Part shown: piece by piece, positions 35,056-44,494 of the stretch
Position numbering within the stretch: the stretch's first letter is position 1
Layout of the letters: each line of letters starts with the position of its first letter
IMG/VR virus record: IMGVR_UViG_3300037297_000066
Location: 310,001-374,000 of that record
Strand: one strand, 5' to 3'
Length of the DNA: 64,000 nt
Program-made: the position numbers and the translations under genes
The notes under the pieces: model-generated
What the model was told of the DNA's origin: nothing
The model's database searches: none
What the model saw: the letters and a program-made list of their open reading frames with translations, nothing else

Positions 35056-38000
35056 GTGCAGCCGATCTGGGCCACCAAAAACGATTTGGAGTCGGAGAAC
35101 GAGGAAACTGAACGTCTCGTTCGAGAAGCTCCTAAGAAAAAACCCCCTCGTCGAGACCGGCGACGGGAACGGGTGAACCCTGATCGAGACCTTGATACGC
35201 AAGGGGATCCGGACCTGAAGAATGATCCGGATCTGAGCCTAAACTACAAGGACGTGGGGGGCTCCGTATCGGAGCGGGTGGCCTTTAGGTTTGTTGCCAA
35301 AAAAGACCGTATCAAGGTCCGGCGTAAAGACACGGGTACCGTTGTCTACGTCACCAAGGAGAAGCTCAGGGAAGAAGGCGGTAAATACGAACTGGTCAAA
35401 CCAAAGGAGGATCCTCCTTGGGGGGGCAAGGGAGCCCAGCCGGGGGAGACCGATACAGAGCCTCCTTGGAAGGAAAAAGGGCCTCCTGAGAAGCCTGGTA
35501 AGGAGCCCCAGAAGCCTTCTGAGAAGCCTCCCGTTGAGGAGGGGGCCCAACCCGAGAAAGAGGAGAAGCCTGCTGAAGGGGGCCCTGAGGAGCCTGGAAA
35601 AGGGGGAGAGAAGCCTGCCGAGGGAGAGCATACTGAAGAGAAGCCGTCGGCCGCTGAGGCTGAAATCGACAAGCTGATCGAGCAGGACCCTTCATTCCAA
35701 AAAGCCCTCTTGTCGGTGCAGGAAAAGGCTAATGCCTACGCTCAGAAATCAGAGGGCATTCTCAAGGAGTTGGAGGGCCTGGAGAAGGATAGCAGCCCCG
35801 AAGCTGCTGAGCGAAAGAAGGCTCTAGTTGATGAGCTCAATTCTGGTCAGGATGAGCTGAATTCCTACATGGAGGCTGTCCAGTCTAGAGTGGACAGAGC
35901 TCAGGCCAAACAAGATTTGGCGCAACAAAAGGCCGATAAGGAGCAGGCAGAGGCCGAGGCTGAGGCAGCCAAATCAGAGGCTGAAAAGGCTGGGATCAAA
36001 GATCCTCAACGGCCTGAGCCTACTGAAGCGGAACGAATGGAAGCGATGGAGATGGTGGTGGACACCTTCCCTCCAGACATCGCTGCCGACATCATTGCCA
36101 AAGGGTACCATCCCTCAGATCTTCAGAGCATGGCGGCTTCCTATGAGGCTGCCAAGGTTTCTCCCATTCCCAAGGGAGATTTGAAGGACTTCGCTGCCAA
36201 GGTTGGGAAGATCTACCAAATTGACCCCAGCAAGGTGAAGCCTCCCAAGACCTGGGAGAAGGAAGGGCGTGAGGTCCCCTTTGAGGAGTTGAGTCCCAAA
36301 GAGCAGTCGGAGGCTATGCGTCAGCACCAGATGCAGACGGTGGCCATGAGTCTGGCAGCCAAAGACCAGCTTACGGAGGCCCTGACTCAAAGAACTCGCT
36401 CGGGGAAAGCTCAGATTCCTGAGGAACTGGCCGGTACCCTAGCTGACTTCATGCTGTCTCCAGAGGGAAAGGGTCGGGAGGATCAGGCTAAGAATCTCGC
36501 CTCCCAAACCTTCAAGATTACTAGGGAAAAGGGCGAAGCAGAGAACATCAAGGATGGCGTAGTCAAGAAGCTTTTGGGGTCCTTGCCGAAGGAAGCTCAG
36601 CAAATCGCTTCAGGCTTCTTGCAGGCCAATGACTATCTGGTAGCTCGGGAGAAATTTCTCGACTCTGGGGAGATTTCTGAGCATCAGAGCCCGGGGGATA
36701 TTGTTAGTGGTTTCCGAGACTTGGACAGTTACTTCCAGAAGAGATCCAAGTTGTATCCTGGGGGGAATGACCAGCATGCGGGGAAGCTGCTGCAGAGCCA
36801 GATTCGAACTCGTCTGAAGGAACTGGACCAGCGCAAGTACGGAGAAGTCCGAAAGCGTTTGGATGCCATTGCTGCAGATGAGTACGACATCGCTGAAGGT
36901 AAGTGGAGAAAGGCGCGTAAAGCCTGGGAAGTAAAGAAGAAAAAGCACCAGCAGAAGGTCAGAGAGTACGACAACGCTCATCTGATCACAGACTGGAAGA
37001 ACCTTCCTGAAGGGCATCCTGGAGAGTTTACAGAGGCTCCCCCTGAGCCCCCGAAGAAGCCTCTTCGGTATGATTTGGTTCGAGGGAAGCGTCCTCGGGT
37101 TTGGGAGGAGCAGTTCCGGCGCATGGGCCAGAAGGTAGCTTCTCGATATCTCAAATCCTTTTATCCCTGCTCTGTACCGATGGACTCGAATTCTAGGACA
37201 GGTGCCTACCATGGGGTAGAGCCTGCGGACAACTCCCCCCCAGAAGGGTATGCCGGCTGGCAGCAAGCTCATCAGAGAGATCTAGGAGAGTCTGATTTCG
37301 ACATCATCTTGCAGAGTGCTCGGGAGTGGATGAAAAGTCCTGTTCTTTCCAAGGACATCGACGGTTACCTGCCTGACATGCAGCTTCGGGCGGCCTTGGA
37401 TTTGGCTATTCAGAGCAGCCCCTACAATCGAGCCATCAATCCTCAGACCTACAACATCTTGTTGGCTCGGTTGGCCAACATCCCTCCTGAGGAGTTCCTG
37501 GGGCAAACACTTCGTTCGGCCACAGTGTTGGTGAGGACTGCTGGAAGCAGCTACGTCGTCGAGAAGATGAGCCTAGTTGTTTATGGAAAGGGTCCTTTCA
37601 ATATCGATGTGATTCGAGCCATTGAAGGGCAGTACTTTCAGTACCGGGACGAGGAAGGGAATGTCCGGGATGATGGGTACGCTCATGTCGATGATGTGAA
37701 ATACGGACGAGCTCTTCCCCGGATGCAGGAACTGCAAGGCTTCGTGCCTGAAGGCTCTCTCAACATCTCTTATCCCAAAGGAGCCTCTGCTGAAGCCTTC
37801 AAGGCTGTGCAGGCGGCTTGTCGCAAACATAAGCTCCAGGTCGAAAAGGCCAAACCCGGATACAAGCCGAGCTTTCGGAAAATGCCGGGATCAAAAACCC
37901 GAAGGGCGCAATCCAGCAAAGGTGAGGACAGCATGAACAAGCAAGCGGCCAATGGCATTCTGGGTCGTCTCGATCGGCTCGCCGACAACATCCAGAACAA

Positions 38001-38295
38001 TCACGAGAAGATGGGCATGAACTTCGACACTGCCAAGGGTCTCGTGAATGAGTTGGATCGAGTAGCGGACGAGATCGAGAAGGAAGCCTTCGGTGAGGAG
38101 TCGTTGCATCGTCGGCAGGCCGAGGTGCTCCAGCGGGATCAAGACGAGCCCTACATGGACACGTTCAACTCTCCAATGGCGCCCGTTCAGACCGATTCCG
38201 ACGAACCCTACATGGATGCCTTCGTGGACGACCAGAGCGTGGCCGTGGACGATGGCAAGTCCCAGGACGGCAAGGAACTGACTCCCAACAACTGA
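35056..38295 (+). CDS. Very large modular head-associated protein (1079 aa)
   Basis: Basic N-terminal motif, P/E/K low-complexity tract, coiled coil, several globular segments; probable internal starts at 37180 and 37933. Confidence 0.75.
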   Translation: MQPIWATKNDLESENEETERLVREAPKKKPPRRDRRRERVNPDRDLDTQGDPDLKNDPDLSLNYKDVGGSVSERVAFRFVAKKDRIKVRRKDTGTVVYVTKEKLREEGGKYELVKPKEDPPWGGKGAQPGETDTEPPWKEKGPPEKPGKEPQKPSEKPPVEEGAQPEKEEKPAEGGPEEPGKGGEKPAEGEHTEEKPSAAEAEIDKLIEQDPSFQKALLSVQEKANAYAQKSEGILKELEGLEKDSSPEAAERKKALVDELNSGQDELNSYMEAVQSRVDRAQAKQDLAQQKADKEQAEAEAEAAKSEAEKAGIKDPQRPEPTEAERMEAMEMVVDTFPPDIAADIIAKGYHPSDLQSMAASYEAAKVSPIPKGDLKDFAAKVGKIYQIDPSKVKPPKTWEKEGREVPFEELSPKEQSEAMRQHQMQTVAMSLAAKDQLTEALTQRTRSGKAQIPEELAGTLADFMLSPEGKGREDQAKNLASQTFKITREKGEAENIKDGVVKKLLGSLPKEAQQIASGFLQANDYLVAREKFLDSGEISEHQSPGDIVSGFRDLDSYFQKRSKLYPGGNDQHAGKLLQSQIRTRLKELDQRKYGEVRKRLDAIAADEYDIAEGKWRKARKAWEVKKKKHQQKVREYDNAHLITDWKNLPEGHPGEFTEAPPEPPKKPLRYDLVRGKRPRVWEEQFRRMGQKVASRYLKSFYPCSVPMDSNSRTGAYHGVEPADNSPPEGYAGWQQAHQRDLGESDFDIILQSAREWMKSPVLSKDIDGYLPDMQLRAALDLAIQSSPYNRAINPQTYNILLARLANIPPEEFLGQTLRSATVLVRTAGSSYVVEKMSLVVYGKGPFNIDVIRAIEGQYFQYRDEEGNVRDDGYAHVDDVKYGRALPRMQELQGFVPEGSLNISYPKGASAEAFKAVQAACRKHKLQVEKAKPGYKPSFRKMPGSKTRRAQSSKGEDSMNKQAANGILGRLDRLADNIQNNHEKMGMNFDTAKGLVNELDRVADEIEKEAFGEESLHRRQAEVLQRDQDEPYMDTFNSPMAPVQTDSDEPYMDAFVDDQSVAVDDGKSQDGKELTPNN

Positions 38296-38308
38296 GCCTT
38301 GAAGTTCC

Positions 38309-39016
38309 ATGATTGACTACTGGAAACTCGTGAAGGACTTCTCGGTCGGGGACATCGTCCAGAAGTACATGCCGGGTCGTGGAGGAGCGTTGGCTCCCTT
38401 TGCAGGAAGGGTGACGGCGATTCTCAAAGGCATCGGTTTCCTAGATGTCCAGTGGCCATTCGGGAATGAGAGGGTCTCACCAGAAGAGGTGGTCAGGGTA
38501 AATCCTGCCTTTTCTGCGTACCTGCCTCCAACGTTGGATGCTTCCTACTATCCAGGGTGGGACACACGCCAAGCAGCGAAGAAGGGGATCTGGAGGGACA
38601 AGGAAGTCCCTCCAGGTTTCCACAAAGCTTTGGCCTCCCTCTGGAACAAGAAGTTTGGAGAGGTGGCTGCTTACGATGAGCTCTGGCATCGTTTTGCAGC
38701 TGGTTCCAACGACGAGGTCCTTCGGGAGGAAGTGGCAAAGTTCTATCGCTTTGCTTACAACTCGGCAGGGTTGCTGTTGGAGCAACATGCTCGGACAGCT
38801 ACCTACTGGTCTTCTCAAGGACGGCAGCACCGGGCCACGAGATCTGAAATGGATGCTCGTAAGCCCAATTGTCCGAAGTGTGGAACGCCTTTCCGTAAGA
38901 CCATCTACAAGATGGATGAGGGACGAAGAGCACGGCTGTTTGCTTGCCCTAGTTGTCTGTTCCTGATCAAGCAGGACAACATCCTGGGGCCGGGTGGAGA
39001 AGCCGTAGCGTGGTGA
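38309..39016 (+). CDS. Hypothetical protein with an SH3/KOW-like N-terminus and a C-terminal zinc ribbon
   Basis: FSVGDIVQ...GRVTAI...LDVQW; CPKC-x21-CPSC. Confidence 0.75.
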   Translation: MIDYWKLVKDFSVGDIVQKYMPGRGGALAPFAGRVTAILKGIGFLDVQWPFGNERVSPEEVVRVNPAFSAYLPPTLDASYYPGWDTRQAAKKGIWRDKEVPPGFHKALASLWNKKFGEVAAYDELWHRFAAGSNDEVLREEVAKFYRFAYNSAGLLLEQHARTATYWSSQGRQHRATRSEMDARKPNCPKCGTPFRKTIYKMDEGRRARLFACPSCLFLIKQDNILGPGGEAVAW

Positions 39017-39020
39017 ACAG

Positions 39021-40514
39021 ATGGCCTTTCTGAAGTACGCTAATGCCGCCGTAGTCAAGCCAGTCATTAACCTGGCTGGGTGGGATGACGTGCGTCATCA
39101 ATCGGTGACTTCAGGAAACGTCTTCAATGAGCGACAGGCGGCCAAGGCTTTCAATCAGTTCAGTCCCAACAAGTACATGCTTTCGCATTGTACGATAATC
39201 GCTTCGGTAGACACTGAAGAGGGCCCGGGGCCCCTTGGTCGGCAGTTGGTAGATGGTTTCCAGGTTGACCGTCAGTACGGGGATTACTACATCACCCCCG
39301 GCACTACCCAGTACGTCAACAACAACAACGACAGCTGGGAACGTAAACTACTACTTTCGGCTTTCCACACCTTCATTGGTGGAGAGAACTACGTTGAGCA
39401 TCTTCAAATTCCTGAGCTCAGCAAAGGGAAGATTGTAGATGCGGTGGCTCGGGACATTGGGGATTCCATCTACGTGGACATCCTGGTTGCGACGGACAAG
39501 AAGCACAAGCCTCTAGTCGCTGCCATTGAGAGCCAACAGCTTCAAACCCTTTCGATGGGGTGTTCGGTACGTTTCACGATCTGTAGTCGATGTGGAAACA
39601 TTGCCATCGATGAGACTCAACTCTGCCCTCATATTCGATATGGAAAGGGTAACACTTTCCAGGATGCTTTGGGGCAGACTCGCAAGACGGCTGAACTATG
39701 TGGGCACTTCAACGCTGAGCCTGGGAGTGTCAAATTCGTCGAAGCCTCTTGGGTAGGAAACCCGGCTTTCAAGGGAGCCGTACTTCGCAATATCCTCACT
39801 CCTCAGGAAGCGGAAGCCTATTCGAATCGAATTCAAGTGGCTTTCTCTCAACCTGCTCGAACTGCCGATGCCTCTCTGATGCAGAGAGCGGCATTCAACC
39901 TCAAGGGGTTCAACTTCGAAGATGAGGAGTCTTTCGAGGGTGAGGGGGAGAGTACCAATAAGGAAGAGAAGGATCCTCTCGAAACTCTAGTAGATGAGGT
40001 GGCCGACAAGATTCGAGATCTGGCCAAACAAAAGGTCAAGCAAGAACTCAGTGGTGGTGGATTGGCAGATTTGCCCGCTGACAGGGATGAAGATCTCAAT
40101 AACACCCTAATCAAAGAGGCGGCCCTGAAGAATCTGATGCTTCGGCAGCCTGCCTGGTTGAAAGTAGCCAGGATGGTCCTGAAGCGGGTACAAGATCCCG
40201 TTTTGGCTAGGAAAATCCTCCGGGGTCTCGTTCTCTACAAGAAAGCTGGGTGGGAGGCTGTACGACAGTCTAGGGAGTTCTCTGGGAGAGAGATTCTAGC
40301 TATCTCCCAATTCGCTGATCAACTCAGTCATAGAGTTTCCATGGCTGGGGAAAATCGCATTTACCGCACGGTTTTAGCTGTTGGCGGTATGACCCCCTAT
40401 CCAGATGTAAACAGCTATTTGGCCGTTTGTCGGCGCATCATAAACCGTGACCTGACGGGAGCTGAGAAGGAAGCTCTCGTCTTAAAAGGGAAACTTTACG
40501 ACTTAGGGTCGTGA
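39021..40514 (+). CDS. Prohead (capsid maturation) protease with zinc ribbon
   Basis: Position portal-protease-scaffold-MCP; NNNDSW, VEH, GKIVDA, candidate nucleophile LSMGC, CSRCGN...CPHI. Confidence 0.7.
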   Translation: MAFLKYANAAVVKPVINLAGWDDVRHQSVTSGNVFNERQAAKAFNQFSPNKYMLSHCTIIASVDTEEGPGPLGRQLVDGFQVDRQYGDYYITPGTTQYVNNNNDSWERKLLLSAFHTFIGGENYVEHLQIPELSKGKIVDAVARDIGDSIYVDILVATDKKHKPLVAAIESQQLQTLSMGCSVRFTICSRCGNIAIDETQLCPHIRYGKGNTFQDALGQTRKTAELCGHFNAEPGSVKFVEASWVGNPAFKGAVLRNILTPQEAEAYSNRIQVAFSQPARTADASLMQRAAFNLKGFNFEDEESFEGEGESTNKEEKDPLETLVDEVADKIRDLAKQKVKQELSGGGLADLPADRDEDLNNTLIKEAALKNLMLRQPAWLKVARMVLKRVQDPVLARKILRGLVLYKKAGWEAVRQSREFSGREILAISQFADQLSHRVSMAGENRIYRTVLAVGGMTPYPDVNSYLAVCRRIINRDLTGAEKEALVLKGKLYDLGS

Positions 40515-40557
40515 ATCTCTTTATAGCCCTCCTGGGGCAAGAAGGAGTCATCCTGCC

Positions 40558-41979
40558 ATGCGTGAGAGAACCACTTGGAGCCTAGAAGCTATTGCCGCCA
40601 GGACTGCAGCGGAGCAGGAGCGTACCGCTGACGATCCTCGGGCAATGAATCAAGACCACCATTCTCAGCAACCGTCGGCAGACCAGTACGAGATCGGTGG
40701 GCCCAGCGACTTCGCAGAGGATGTGACTCCTCCCAACTGGAAGGACGAGCAGGCTGGTGGCGAGACGAAGAGGGATGAGATCGGACTTCCCCAGTTCGAC
40801 TCGGACACCTTCAAGCAAGGCGCCTTGGACGAGGAGCATCTGCTCAAGAAGTCCGAGGTCTGTTCGAAGGTGGCCTCTTTGATCCTTGGCGAGGCCACAG
40901 AGGCTGCTGTCGAAGATCAGGCTGTCGAGTTGATGGACCTCTCCGATGCCACTCTTCTGTCGATGTACGCTCGTGTACTCGAAGCCAAGGGTCAGGTTCC
41001 TCCCCAGTTCTTGAAGAACAAGGGCGACGACAAGGGCGACGACAAGGGCGACGACAAGGGTCAAGAGCAAGACAAGGAAGCTGCCCAGCAGAAGCAGCAG
41101 CAGGACCAAGCCGAAGACCAGGAAGGTCAAGAAGGCAAGGAAGCTGCCCAGCAGAAGCAGCAGCAGGACCAAGCCGAAGACCAGGAAGGTCAAGAAGGCA
41201 AGGAAGCCGCTCAGCAGAAGCAGCAGCAGGACCAAGCCGAAGACCAGGAAGGTCAAGAAGGCAAGGAAGCTGCTCAGCAGAAGCAGCAGCAGCAGGGTGA
41301 AGGCGAGGAAGGCGACCAGGAGCAAGGCAAGGAAGCCGAGGCTCTCAAGCAGGCTTCCGAGGCTCTGACCCTTTTGGCTCAGCAGCAACCGTTCCAGGCT
41401 CAGGCTCAGCAGTTGCTATCGCTGGTTCAGCAACAGTTGGCCCAACAGCAGCAGCAGTCTTGCTCGACTCCGATGTCGCAGCAACAGCAGCAGGCTCAGC
41501 AGCAGATGCAGCAGGCTCAGCAGATGATGGAGCAGGCTCAGCAGATGATGCAGCAAGCCCAGCAGCCGCAGCCGCAACAGTCGATGGAGGACGAGCTCCT
41601 CCAGCAGTTGCAGCAGGAGCCTGGTCAGGATGACCTGATGGAAGAGACCATCGAGATGGAAAGCCCTTCGATGGATGTCGGTGAGATCGCTCTGGACCAG
41701 CAGGATGCAGAGACTCTCGGACAGCTCTTCGCTTCCAATCCGGAAGTTCAGCAGGCCAGGCAGGCTCAGGCTCTGGAGACCGGGGTGCCTCAGGCTCCCT
41801 CAGCTCCAATGACTCGCACTGCTTCGGTCAATCCGTCCCTGCGAACTGTTGGCACTCAGCCGACAGGTGGGGTCTCCCAATTGGGAGGTGCTGCTGCTGC
41901 TGACTCCGGCTCCCAGGATACGGACAAGCTTTCAGCTCTCTGGAATTCGGCTCCTGACGTCAAGGATGTTTTCCGCTGA
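40558..41979 (+). CDS. Capsid scaffolding protein, Gln-rich with tandem repeats
   Basis: 473-aa low-complexity helical protein between protease and capsid genes; AAGGAG RBS. Confidence 0.7.
   Translation: MRERTTWSLEAIAARTAAEQERTADDPRAMNQDHHSQQPSADQYEIGGPSDFAEDVTPPNWKDEQAGGETKRDEIGLPQFDSDTFKQGALDEEHLLKKSEVCSKVASLILGEATEAAVEDQAVELMDLSDATLLSMYARVLEAKGQVPPQFLKNKGDDKGDDKGDDKGQEQDKEAAQQKQQQDQAEDQEGQEGKEAAQQKQQQDQAEDQEGQEGKEAAQQKQQQDQAEDQEGQEGKEAAQQKQQQQGEGEEGDQEQGKEAEALKQASEALTLLAQQQPFQAQAQQLLSLVQQQLAQQQQQSCSTPMSQQQQQAQQQMQQAQQMMEQAQQMMQQAQQPQPQQSMEDELLQQLQQEPGQDDLMEETIEMESPSMDVGEIALDQQDAETLGQLFASNPEVQQARQAQALETGVPQAPSAPMTRTASVNPSLRTVGTQPTGGVSQLGGAAAADSGSQDTDKLSALWNSAPDVKDVFR
41018..41060 (+). repeat. 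12-bp tandem repeat, about 3.6 copies (ACAAGGGCGACG; encodes KGDD)
   Basis: Read directly from sequence. Confidence 0.9.
41073..41292 (+). repeat. 63-bp tandem repeat, about 3.5 copies (encodes KEAAQQKQQQDQAEDQEGQEG)
   Basis: Units start at 41073, 41136, 41199 and 41262 and are nearly identical. Confidence 0.92.
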
Positions 41980-42061
41980 TCGTCGGGGCCCGAGGCCCAT
42001 TCAGATGAAGATGTAGATAGGCCCATCCACCCCAGTCAATGAGAAGATCTAGGAGCAATTA

Positions 42062-42685
42062 ATGCCTCTCAGCATCGGACAAGGCTCGGGTGACTTCCGG
42101 GAGACCTCCGGTAGGGTACAAATCCTCCATGCAGGAGTCCGCAACTCTGTGGGCATTCTGACGGCGGATGCGTTCACGCAGGCGAATCCCCCCATCGTCA
42201 CCACGGCAGCCAACGTCAGCACGACATTGTCGGGCATCTCGAAGTTGGGTGTCTTGGGTGCTTCCATCGCCTTCACCAGGCCCGATATCGGCAATGCCCG
42301 AATCGGTGGCCCGGTGCAGGTGGGTGCTGCCTATGTGGCAGCTCAGAAGCCCCTCGGCATCTTCATCAACGATTCGCTCGGCAATGCCTACGAAAACACA
42401 CCGGGTCCCGCCTCCGAGCGTGGTCCGTACCTCTCAGGTCAAGGTACCTGTGCCGTATCTCTCTGGGAGACCCAGATCCAGATCGGTGCCAACACGGCCC
42501 TGACCTACGCTGCTGGTGACAAGCTGTACGCCAGTGTGAACGGCCTGCTCACGAACAGGATTGAGGACGCTTATGAGTACAACGTGTCCGGTCAGAACGA
42601 CCCGGATTTCGTGACAATCATGGGTGTCGTCAAGATCGCTCCTGATGCAAGCAACACTCTGATGGTCCTCGACCTGCGAGTCTAA
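42062..42685 (+). CDS. Capsid decoration/cement protein (positional)
   Basis: 207 aa, beta-rich, directly upstream of MCP; YAAGDKLYASVNGLLT; strongly C-ending codons. Confidence 0.6.
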   Translation: MPLSIGQGSGDFRETSGRVQILHAGVRNSVGILTADAFTQANPPIVTTAANVSTTLSGISKLGVLGASIAFTRPDIGNARIGGPVQVGAAYVAAQKPLGIFINDSLGNAYENTPGPASERGPYLSGQGTCAVSLWETQIQIGANTALTYAAGDKLYASVNGLLTNRIEDAYEYNVSGQNDPDFVTIMGVVKIAPDASNTLMVLDLRV

Positions 42686-42701
42686 GCGGAGGAAAGGTGA
42701 C

Positions 42702-43580
42702 ATGAATCAGGTTTCCAACGCTGTCAAGCAGCAGATCATCAGCGAGTACATCAAGACCGCAGCTGGCCGTGCCAAGCTGGCAGCCTCGATGACCCAACCT
42801 CTGCGTCTCCGCAGAGACTACACCGCCGTCGGCCGCAAGACCTTCTTGGTCGAAGAGCTGCCTGATGGCGCACTCCCCATCTACGACAAGGACCCCGAGG
42901 TCACAGCGTACGTCGTGGGCGAGGAAGGCGAGAACATCGTCGCCATCCAGAAGCCACGTCGTGTGATCTTCCCGTTGTTCGAGATCGCCTCGAATCCCGA
43001 GATCCCCTTGACCCAGATCAAGGAGCGTCGTTTCGATCTGATCGAACGATCCCAAGACCTGGCCAAGGCTCAGATTCAGGCGGCCGAGGACGAGCGGGTC
43101 TTCGCCGTTCTGGACTCCATCGCCGTATCGGGCTTCGACACGCTTCCGGGTGGAACAAACCCGGATGTGAACGTCGTTGCTCCGATCAGCCCGTCGGTGC
43201 TGGCTGACGCCTTCGCTGAAGTGGAGAGGCACGACCTTCGGGTCGCTCGCATCTACATGAATGCGGTGGACTACGCCGACATCCGCAAGTTCGGTCGGGA
43301 CATCCTGGACATCGAGAGCCAGGCCACCCTGCTGAAGACGGGTCTGCAGGCAACCCTCTGGGGCGCTCAGATCATCACGAGCCGCCTGGTTCCGGCCGGG
43401 TACGTGTATGTCTGTGCAGAACCGGAGAACTTCGGCCGGTTCCCCGTTCGGACCGAACTTACCGTTCTGTCGGCAGACGATCCGAAGGCTCGAACCATCG
43501 GGTTCAGCTGCTTCCAGAACGTCGGAATCGGTGCCTTCAACCCCCGTGGGTTGGTCCGCATCGTGGTCACTCGACTGTAG
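42702..43580 (+). CDS. Major capsid protein (HK97-like fold)
   Basis: 292 aa; GRKTFLVEELPDGALPIYD, spine-helix-like DLIERSQDLAKAQIQAAEDERVF, LWGAQIITS, G+V; strong GGAGG RBS; followed by a hairpin. Confidence 0.8.
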   Translation: MNQVSNAVKQQIISEYIKTAAGRAKLAASMTQPLRLRRDYTAVGRKTFLVEELPDGALPIYDKDPEVTAYVVGEEGENIVAIQKPRRVIFPLFEIASNPEIPLTQIKERRFDLIERSQDLAKAQIQAAEDERVFAVLDSIAVSGFDTLPGGTNPDVNVVAPISPSVLADAFAEVERHDLRVARIYMNAVDYADIRKFGRDILDIESQATLLKTGLQATLWGAQIITSRLVPAGYVYVCAEPENFGRFPVRTELTVLSADDPKARTIGFSCFQNVGIGAFNPRGLVRIVVTRL

Positions 43581-43607
43581 TAGTTTAGGCTACTTAGCGA
43601 GTATTGT

Positions 43608-43643
43608 TGAGCCCCTGGTCGGCAACAGCTGGCCGGGGGCTCA
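43608..43643 (+). terminator. Long hairpin after the capsid gene
   Basis: TGAGCCCC...GGGGCTCA outer stem extended by G-U pairs; followed by GCATATTTGT. Confidence 0.65.
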
Positions 43644-43646
43644 GCA

Positions 43647-43660
43647 TATTTGTCTGACTG
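43647..43660 (+). repeat. Direct repeat, left copy (TATTTGTCTGACTG)
   Basis: 13/14 identical to 45407-45420. Confidence 0.8.
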
Positions 43661-43828
43661 GTTGGCCTGTTTAAGGGTCTAAGGTAACGGGAACCGTCCG
43701 AAGTTTATTTGTGATAACCATCCCTACCGAGATCGCTCGTGAGTTGATGATCTTGGCCGACCGGGTGGCCGCTAAACCTAGCGTCTAGGGAGTTACTTTC
43801 GTCCGTCTGCTGGTGTATCTCTAGAGGG

Positions 43829-44494
43829 ATGCATGCGTCTTGGAAGAAGATCCTCCAAGGGGAGTTCGAGAAGCCCTACTTTCAGTCTTTGATAGAGTTC
43901 GTCAATAAGGAGCGTAGGGAGGGCGTGGTCTTTCCTCCTCCGGGGACGCTTTTCAATGCCTTTCAAGTCCCCTACGAAGAGGTCAAGGTTCTGATCCTAG
44001 GGCAAGATCCTTACCCCAATGCCGGACAGGCTTACGGTTTCTGCTTTTCGGTGCAGCCTGGCGTCAAGCCTCCCCCTAGCCTTGTGAACATCTACAAGGA
44101 GCTGGAGGGGGACCTGGGGATCAAGCCTCCAAAGCACGGATGCCTTCAGCATTGGGTGGACCAGGGGGTCTTCCTTCTCAACGCTGTATTGACGGTCCGA
44201 GCTCACCAGTCGGGTTCTCACCAAGGCAAGGGGTGGGAGCAGTTCACAGACAAGGTCATACGGCTCCTAGACGCCCGTCAGGAGCCTGTTGTCTTCGTTC
44301 TATGGGGCAGGTATGCCCGGAACAAGAAGGACCTCATAGACTGCCAGAGGCACCTTGTATTGGAGGCTGCTCATCCCTCTCCAATGTCGGCTAGGAACGG
44401 GTTCTTCGGAAGCCGCCCCTTCTCTCAGATCAACGCAGCCTTGGAGTATTCGGGGCTGGATCCTATAGACTGGCAACTACCCCCGAAGGTCTGA
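43829..44494 (+). CDS. ung: Uracil-DNA glycosylase, family 1
   Basis: ILGQDPY, GFCFSV, PPSLVNIYKEL, QGVFLLN, VFVLWG, HPSPMS. Confidence 0.96.
   Translation: MHASWKKILQGEFEKPYFQSLIEFVNKERREGVVFPPPGTLFNAFQVPYEEVKVLILGQDPYPNAGQAYGFCFSVQPGVKPPPSLVNIYKELEGDLGIKPPKHGCLQHWVDQGVFLLNAVLTVRAHQSGSHQGKGWEQFTDKVIRLLDARQEPVVFVLWGRYARNKKDLIDCQRHLVLEAAHPSPMSARNGFFGSRPFSQINAALEYSGLDPIDWQLPPKV

Noticed and set aside
41073-41292. Possible CRISPR array
   Set aside because: The units are contiguous with no unique spacers and are in frame within the scaffold gene
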